From: Candidatus Sumerlaeaceae bacterium
GTDB lineage: Bacteria; Sumerlaeota; Sumerlaeia; Sumerlaeales; Sumerlaeaceae
Direction of reading: 5' to 3'
Assembly: GCA_051003195.1 (NCBI GenBank)
Contig: JBPCLP010000008.1
Span: 28,154-92,153, forward strand
DNA: 64,000 nt
Shown in pieces: positions 62,548 through 64,000 of the stretch (position 1 is the first letter of the stretch; each line of letters starts with the position of its first letter). The notes beneath the pieces were generated by a model that saw only the letters and a program-made list of their open reading frames with translations, had not been told where the DNA came from and ran no database searches. Made by a program: the position numbers and the translations under genes.

Positions 62548-64000
62548 ATGAGACGCTATTTTGCACAGGCCTTTAAAATGGCTCCAATAAACCCCCGAAT
62601 GATGGCGCTTCGGGCATTGGAGCGCATGCTGCTCAGCGTGCTTGTGGTACTTTGCACCAACCTTGCCATGGCTGCTTCATCGGGCTCGGTAGGGTATCTT
62701 GCCGACCAGCAGGTTGATGGCGTCGATGAGCTGTGGAGGGTAGACGCAAAGACTGGACTCCTGAGCAAGGTGAACGCGCCCCTGGTCGCTGGGGGGGATG
62801 TTCTTACCGGTTTGATCAGCCGTAAGGGTTCGGCCATCCTCTATCGTGCGGACCAGGATGTGAACGACATTTACGAGCTCTACTACAAAGACCTGAAGAC
62901 GGGCACTGTAAGCAAACTAAACCCGACGCTGGTGCCCGATGGAGATGTGGATTCTGGTTTCCAGATGGACTCAAAGGCTGCGAGCGTAGTCTACCGGGCA
63001 GACCAGGACGAGACCAGCGTCAGCGAGCTTTACCGGGTGGACCTGAAGACGCGTGTCGTCACTCAATTGAATCCCCCCCTGGCAGTAGGCAGGGATGTCT
63101 CTGATGGTTTTCAGGTTGATCCAAAGGGCACAAGCGTGGCGTACCGGGCCGATCAGGACACGGACGATGTGAAGGAACTCTATCGCGTCGTCTTGAAAAC
63201 TGGCGTGGTGACCAAGCTCAATCCACCTCTTGTATCAGGTGGTAACGTGCGAAATCTGCTGTTCGACTCAAAGGGTGCGAGCATAGTGTACAGGGCCGAC
63301 CAGGATGTGGACGGTGTCTCGGAACTTTACCGAGTAGACCTGAAGACACTTATCGTCAGGAAACTGAATTCGCCGCTGGTCGCCGGTGGAAACGTCTCGG
63401 CTGATTTCCAGATTGATCCAAAAGGTGCAAGCGTGGTGTACAGGGCCGACCAGGATGTAGACGAAGTCTTTGAACTTTATCGGTCCGACCTGAAGACCGG
63501 TGTCATCACAAAAGTGAACCCGCCGCTAATTTCAGGTGGTGACGTCCGGAGTTTCGCCATCGATCCCAAGGGGACAAGTGTCGTGTACAGGGCCGACCAA
63601 AGGTTCGCTGGCGTCATCGAAGTCTTCCGGTTGGACCTGAAGACCGGTCTTGTTGTCAGATTGAGCGAACCAATGCCTCCCGGCGGCGACGTGGTGAGCT
63701 TTCAGATCGACTCGAAGGGTGCGAGTGTAGTTTACGTAGCCGACCAGGACTCGGATGACAGGAATGAACTTTACCGCGCTGACCTGAAAACTGGTCTGGT
63801 AACCGAGCTGAATGCACAGTTGGTAACAGGCGGAAATGTCGTGGATTTCCAGATAGATCCAGGTGGAGCGAGCATCGTGTACAGGGCCGACCAGGACGTG
63901 AACGAAGTTTTCGAACTTTACCGCGTGGACATAAAAACGCGACTGGTGATGAAGCTGAATCAGCCCCTTGTGTTGAACGGTGATGTGCTGGCTTTCGGGG
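62548..64000 (+). CDS. secreted tandem-repeat beta-propeller protein (at least nine 48-aa PD40/TolB-like repeats); 3' end outside the window
   Basis: My own translation. RBS GAGGA sits 7 nt before the ATG. N-terminal signal/anchor (MMALRALERMLLSVLVVLCTNLAMAAS). Then ELYRVDLKTGvVTKLNPPLVsGGDVxxFQIDPKGASVVYRADQDVDEV repeated with a 144-nt period to the window end. Absent from the supplied ORF track, which lists only ORFs with an in-window stop. Confidence 0.85.
   Translation, partial: MRRYFAQAFKMAPINPRMMALRALERMLLSVLVVLCTNLAMAASSGSVGYLADQQVDGVDELWRVDAKTGLLSKVNAPLVAGGDVLTGLISRKGSAILYRADQDVNDIYELYYKDLKTGTVSKLNPTLVPDGDVDSGFQMDSKAASVVYRADQDETSVSELYRVDLKTRVVTQLNPPLAVGRDVSDGFQVDPKGTSVAYRADQDTDDVKELYRVVLKTGVVTKLNPPLVSGGNVRNLLFDSKGASIVYRADQDVDGVSELYRVDLKTLIVRKLNSPLVAGGNVSADFQIDPKGASVVYRADQDVDEVFELYRSDLKTGVITKVNPPLISGGDVRSFAIDPKGTSVVYRADQRFAGVIEVFRLDLKTGLVVRLSEPMPPGGDVVSFQIDSKGASVVYVADQDSDDRNELYRADLKTGLVTELNAQLVTGGNVVDFQIDPGGASIVYRADQDVNEVFELYRVDIKTRLVMKLNQPLVLNGDVLAFG

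Overview
This is a 64 kb, high-GC bacterial chromosomal segment, densely coding on both strands. About 48 protein genes and one tRNA-Pro(TGG) are supportable.

It is a mosaic of housekeeping genes and accessory-looking cargo. The housekeeping genes are ffh, smc, gatB, ilvE, nfo, nagA, dprA and a family-5-like uracil-DNA glycosylase. The accessory cargo includes secreted beta-propeller proteins (a giant BNR/Asp-box protein and a Kelch protein), two tandem hybrid histidine kinases, a GAF-PAS-GGDEF-EAL protein, a MacAB-type efflux module, an amylosucrase operon, and an ABC-2 exporter coupled to SCO/DUF420 copper-assembly genes.

A roughly 90 bp REP/MITE-like palindromic repeat recurs at least four times between genes, with two further core fragments.

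The most unusual part is the 3' end downstream of tRNA-Pro (about 56.9 to 64 kb). It contains a Kelch protein and two long AT-richer gene-free stretches. These carry a large inverted repeat, a GGGTTCA-type heptamer array, a 9-bp tandem repeat and a TATA-rich tract. It also holds a DUF4838-like gene with a CxCxxC motif.

Running off the window end is a signal-peptide protein built from at least nine near-identical 48-aa (144-nt) tandem repeats of PD40/TolB-like beta-propeller type. That ORF is absent from the supplied ORF track because it has no stop codon inside the window. I regard this tRNA-adjacent region as the best candidate for a horizontally acquired or undescribed module.

All functional calls rest on motif recognition by eye; no database search was possible.
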